Part shown: positions 60,421-64,000 of the stretch, in pieces
Layout: each line of letters opens with the position of its first letter
Numbering within the stretch: the stretch's first letter is position 1
Translations under genes and position numbers: made by a program
Origin: Macrostomum lignano
Lineage: Eukaryota
Direction: 5' to 3'
Assembly (NCBI GenBank): GCA_002269645.1
Contig: NIVC01000020.1
Coordinates: 1,485,500 to 1,549,499 of the forward strand
DNA: 64,000 nucleotides
Notes under the pieces: model-generated
The model's input: the letters and a program-made list of their open reading frames with translations, nothing else
The model's database searches: none
Told to the model about the DNA's origin: nothing

Positions 60421-60934
60421 CAAAATCTGGCTCCAGTTGCAGTGTTTCAACTGCAATAATTTCGCACAGGAGGGGGGGGGTGGGGCGGTGCCAGTGCGTG
60501 AGCAGTTTGGGATCAGCTCGGGAGCTTGAGTCAGCGCCCACGCCTCATCCCCAGCGGCGGCACTTGCTTATCAGATCGGCGCCCTGACTATTTGAGCTGC
60601 TGCCGGCGGGAATTAGCAAAAATTAACGCCGTTCGATGGAGAATCTCTGTGAAGCTGCGAACAGCTCAATGGATTATCAGATTAGACCGCTAAAGCCAAA
60701 AAGCGCTCTGAGAGCTGAAGCGGTGAGCTGAGTCAGAGGAGCTGAAATTTAGGGCTAAACTCTGCAATATCGGTGACTCAGAACTTTCAACTCCAGTTTA
60801 TTTAACAGCTGCATCAAATTAATGAATTCAAAGCATGGAGGAGTGCAGGAAAACAACTGGGCTGGGAGTCATAAACACCCAGTTTCAGATGCACCCGCGT
60901 CACTTCGAATTTCTGCGCCATGCATGAGGAGTTT

Positions 60935-61730
60935 TGGCGCCACCGGGGATTAGCAAAACCAGGGACATTTGGCGCCACCAGTGACATTTTGGCGCCACCA
61001 GGGATATTTTAGCGCCACCAGGGACATTTTGGCGCCACCAGGGACATTTTGGCGCCACCAGGGATATTTTAGCGCCACCAGGGACATTTGGCGCCACCAG
61101 TGACATTTTGGCGCCACCAGGGATATTTTAGCGCCACCAGGGACATTTTGGCGCCACCAGGGACTTTTTGGCGCCACGAGGGAATATTTTGGCACCACCG
61201 GGGATATTTTAGCAAAACCAGGGATATTTTGGCGCCACCATGGATATTTTTGCGCCACCAGGGACATTTTGGCGCCACCAGGGAATATTTTGGCGCCACC
61301 AGGATATTTTTGCGCCACCGGGGATATTTTGGCGCGACCAGGGATATTTTGGCGCCACCAGGGACATTTTGGCGCCACCAGGGAATATTTTGGCGCCATT
61401 AGGGAATATTTTGGCGCCACCGGGATATTTTTGCGTCACCGGGGATATTTTGGCGCGACCAGGAATTTTTTTGGTGCGACCATGCATTATTTTGGCGCGA
61501 CTAGGGTGATTTTGGCGTCATCTGGGTATTTTGGCGACGTCAGACTGATCTTTGCGCCTTTAGGGATTTTTTGGCACCACCAGGAATTATTCTGGCGCCA
61601 ACAGGGATATTCGGACGCCACCTGGGTATTCTGGCGCCACCAAGGATAGGGATTAGTTTTGGCGCCGTCAAGGATATTTTGGAGCCGTCAGGGTGATTTT
61701 GGTCCCACCATGGATATTTTAGCGCCATGC
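60935..61730. repeat. ~21-bp minisatellite (GGCGCCACCAGGGA[C/T]ATTTT), decaying to the right
   Basis: More than 30 units. Confidence 0.95.
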
Positions 61731-62111
61731 TCGCTTCTTGGCCGATTATATCAATAAAAATTTGGCGTCATCGAAAGTAGCTCGCGCTATAAAAGGAATC
61801 ACACTAGCTTAGTATCACATTCAATTAATAATTGTCAGTTGCGGTCTCCGGCCCTGGACTGAATGAGCACTCTGCGCTCACTGGCCGCCGCCCCCGCCCG
61901 CACTGCACGGCTCAGCCCCCCCCCCGCCCCAGCTTAGTCAGTTTTGGGTGTCAGAGGTCGCCGAGGCACCCATGCAGTTGGAATTCGCTTTGTTTAGCCA
62001 TAGAATTCTAGATAACTAACTGGAAGAGAAGGCTCACTTTTTCGTGGTCGAAAGCGGACACAACCGGGCCGAGTCATTTTAGCTTGTTTAAACGGCCTGC
62101 CTTTCCCTATC

Positions 62112-62158
62112 CAGGGAATACTCTACATAGAGTATGAGAGTATGTAGAGTATTCCCTG
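62112..62158. mobile_element. 47-bp micro-MITE with 18-bp perfect TIR and 7-bp TSD
   Basis: CCCTATC-[CAGGGAATACTCTACATA...TATGTAGAGTATTCCCTG]-CCCTATC. Confidence 0.75.
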
Positions 62159-62754
62159 CCCTATCTCAGTCCACTGACTAAGCGGGGTTTGAGGTGGGCA
62201 GGCTCTTCACAAGGCTTGGAAGTTTTTTTGTCCTAGACAGGAGAAAAACCCTTCGGAGGGGAAGGAAGATCCCCGGTAAATCAGTGCTGTTTCTTTGTCT
62301 GTGATGCACACGGGGTAACAGGCCCCCCACTTGAAAGCTGAACGCATGCACATTGGGTGTACATTTGCTCGCATGCTTTTGAGGATGCCTTCTCCACTTC
62401 ACCCTAAATGAAAAATTTATAAAGATTCGATATGATGCATGCTATATCAGAGACTATAGTCAGAGAAAAAGAATTGTTTATAAATACGCAGCTTACAACT
62501 ACAGGTCTGGATCTGGATATGCAACTACAAATAAAAATCCAGCGGTTCAATCTTCAGGAGCAGAAAGCAGAATATTTTCTCATGTGCTTCCTTTGCATGA
62601 TTTTCAACTATTTGAAGAGTGGTCGCAACGAATTCGAAGGGTAAACTACCAACCCAGGACAGAATCTCAACTGTTGCACTTTATTGCCACCGATTTTCAC
62701 ACAACGTCACAAGATTCTTAGTGAGCGCAGGAGAAACAGCGACACTCTGAATAA

Positions 62755-63640
62755 GGAATGATGGTGTGCCGGTGTGCCCTCCATACAACAACAAAATGCG
62801 CTGTCAGCCATTCCAGCGAGTCATGGTCATGAGAGACAAGGACAACGTCACACGTTTCAGGGCCTGGGCGCGAACCGCCGGCCGCACCGCCGGCAGAGTC
62901 CGGGGCGCGGCATTAGCCGGCAAGAAGTCGACGAAACACAGACTGCGCGCCTGTCCCGCCGGTAGGTTGCCTGCAGCGACAGCAGCAGCACTTCCTGCAC
63001 CGGCTGTGGACTTTAGGACTCGGCTCGGATGATGTGGCCTGCCAGCTGGAGTCGTGGACGGCGCAAAAGTTTGCTGGGAAGGGACAGGCCAGTGCGGCGA
63101 TAGAGCCCGCATTGGTGACGTGCTCGCAGCCGATCTTAAAGACAGGCCAGCGTGCGCCGCATTGACCTGCTGTTCGAGCGAATCCGTCAGTGTCCAGGTC
63201 TCGGTGTTGTACAACAGGACGGTCTCGATCACCGCCTTGAACAACGCCGCCCTCTGGCGGTCAGGCAGGGCCTCGGACTGCAGGACCGCCCTCACGAAAC
63301 GGAAGGCAACCCAAGCAAGTCCACGGCGACGTGCTAGGTCCTCTGGAACATCAAGCACCATGGTCTGCAGACCGCCGAGGCAGACGAACTGCTGACAGTG
63401 CGGAAGCTTCGACACCTGCCTGTCAGCGTCTCGGTGTTCGAAGCACGACGATCTTCTGCGTGTTGACCCCAGGCCGACGCTCGCAGCAACGCTCACAAGC
63501 TGGTCCAGCTGGCGCTGGGCGCGTTCGACGGTCGGCAGGAAGAGACTCGACGAAATCGTCGAGTTTGACCGCGATGATGTATCAGGTGAAATCGATCGCC
63601 GGAAAGTACCGCGATGCAGTGGCGATGGTACCGCGATGTA
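62755..63640 (-). mobile_element. Degenerate RTE-clade LINE 3' fragment
   Basis: TVERAQRQLDQLVSVAASVGL (post-YADD) and DLARRRGLAWVAF...ALFKAVIETVLLYNTETWTLT (thumb region) are present. The YADD segment is deleted. Confidence 0.75.
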
Positions 63641-64000
63641 TCTTCTTCATAGATTAGATTAAGCAGCTAATTTTCTGTTCATACTATGATTTTTTACTGA
63701 TCCATCCCATGTGTTTACTTTGGCGGCTTTGCAAAAATATTAGTTTTGTTAAGATATGTCACAAATACCTTTAGAAACTCTTAATAAGCACTGACTTGTT
63801 AATTAAAAAATAAACTTAAAGAATCAAATATTACTCTTAAAGCAAGCAGCCAATTATTAGTGAAAACATTAGTGTTGAATAAGGCAGCCAGAAAACATGC
63901 AGGCTCCCACTCGGCCCGGTTGTGTCCGCCCCCCCAAAAAAGCCTTCGCTTCCAGTTAGTTATCTAGAATTCTATGGTTTAGCCATGTTAATCATCGCGG

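Larger units (their letters stand above)
56046..60780. promoter_or_regulatory. Cluster of 11 AP-1 (TGA[C/G]TCA) motifs, candidate enhancer region
   Basis: Sites at 56046, 56273, 56787, 56889, 58144, 59206, 59417, 59873, 60527, 60729 and 60774. Function is not demonstrated. Confidence 0.45.

Overview
Eukaryotic (animal) genomic DNA. The window has spliceosomal introns, GC-rich exons and a high density of minisatellites; by style I infer a flatworm such as Macrostomum, but this is not verified. The left 25 kb is a gene cluster: seven divergent intronless SLC15/POT (PTR2)-like MFS transporters (one partial) surround two tandem six-exon paralogues of a divergent type II pantothenate-kinase-like (ASKHA) kinase. 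By-eye alignment suggests both families have replaced canonical substrate or coupling residues while keeping intact ORFs, so this is the best candidate for an undescribed system. The rest is TE-rich. It contains a Ty3/Gypsy (Mag-like) element reduced to gag plus integrase, with a full-length LOA/R1-group LINE inside it flanked by a ~410-450 bp direct duplication. It also contains a Ty1/copia element in the intron of an uncharacterised 732-aa gene with RRM-like modules, a Crypton remnant, several MITEs, further LINE and LTR fragments, a secreted SUEL lectin gene, a cluster of 11 AP-1 motifs and more than 12 tandem arrays. No CRISPR array, rRNA or functional tRNA gene was found. All coordinates and homologies were read by eye; no database search was run.
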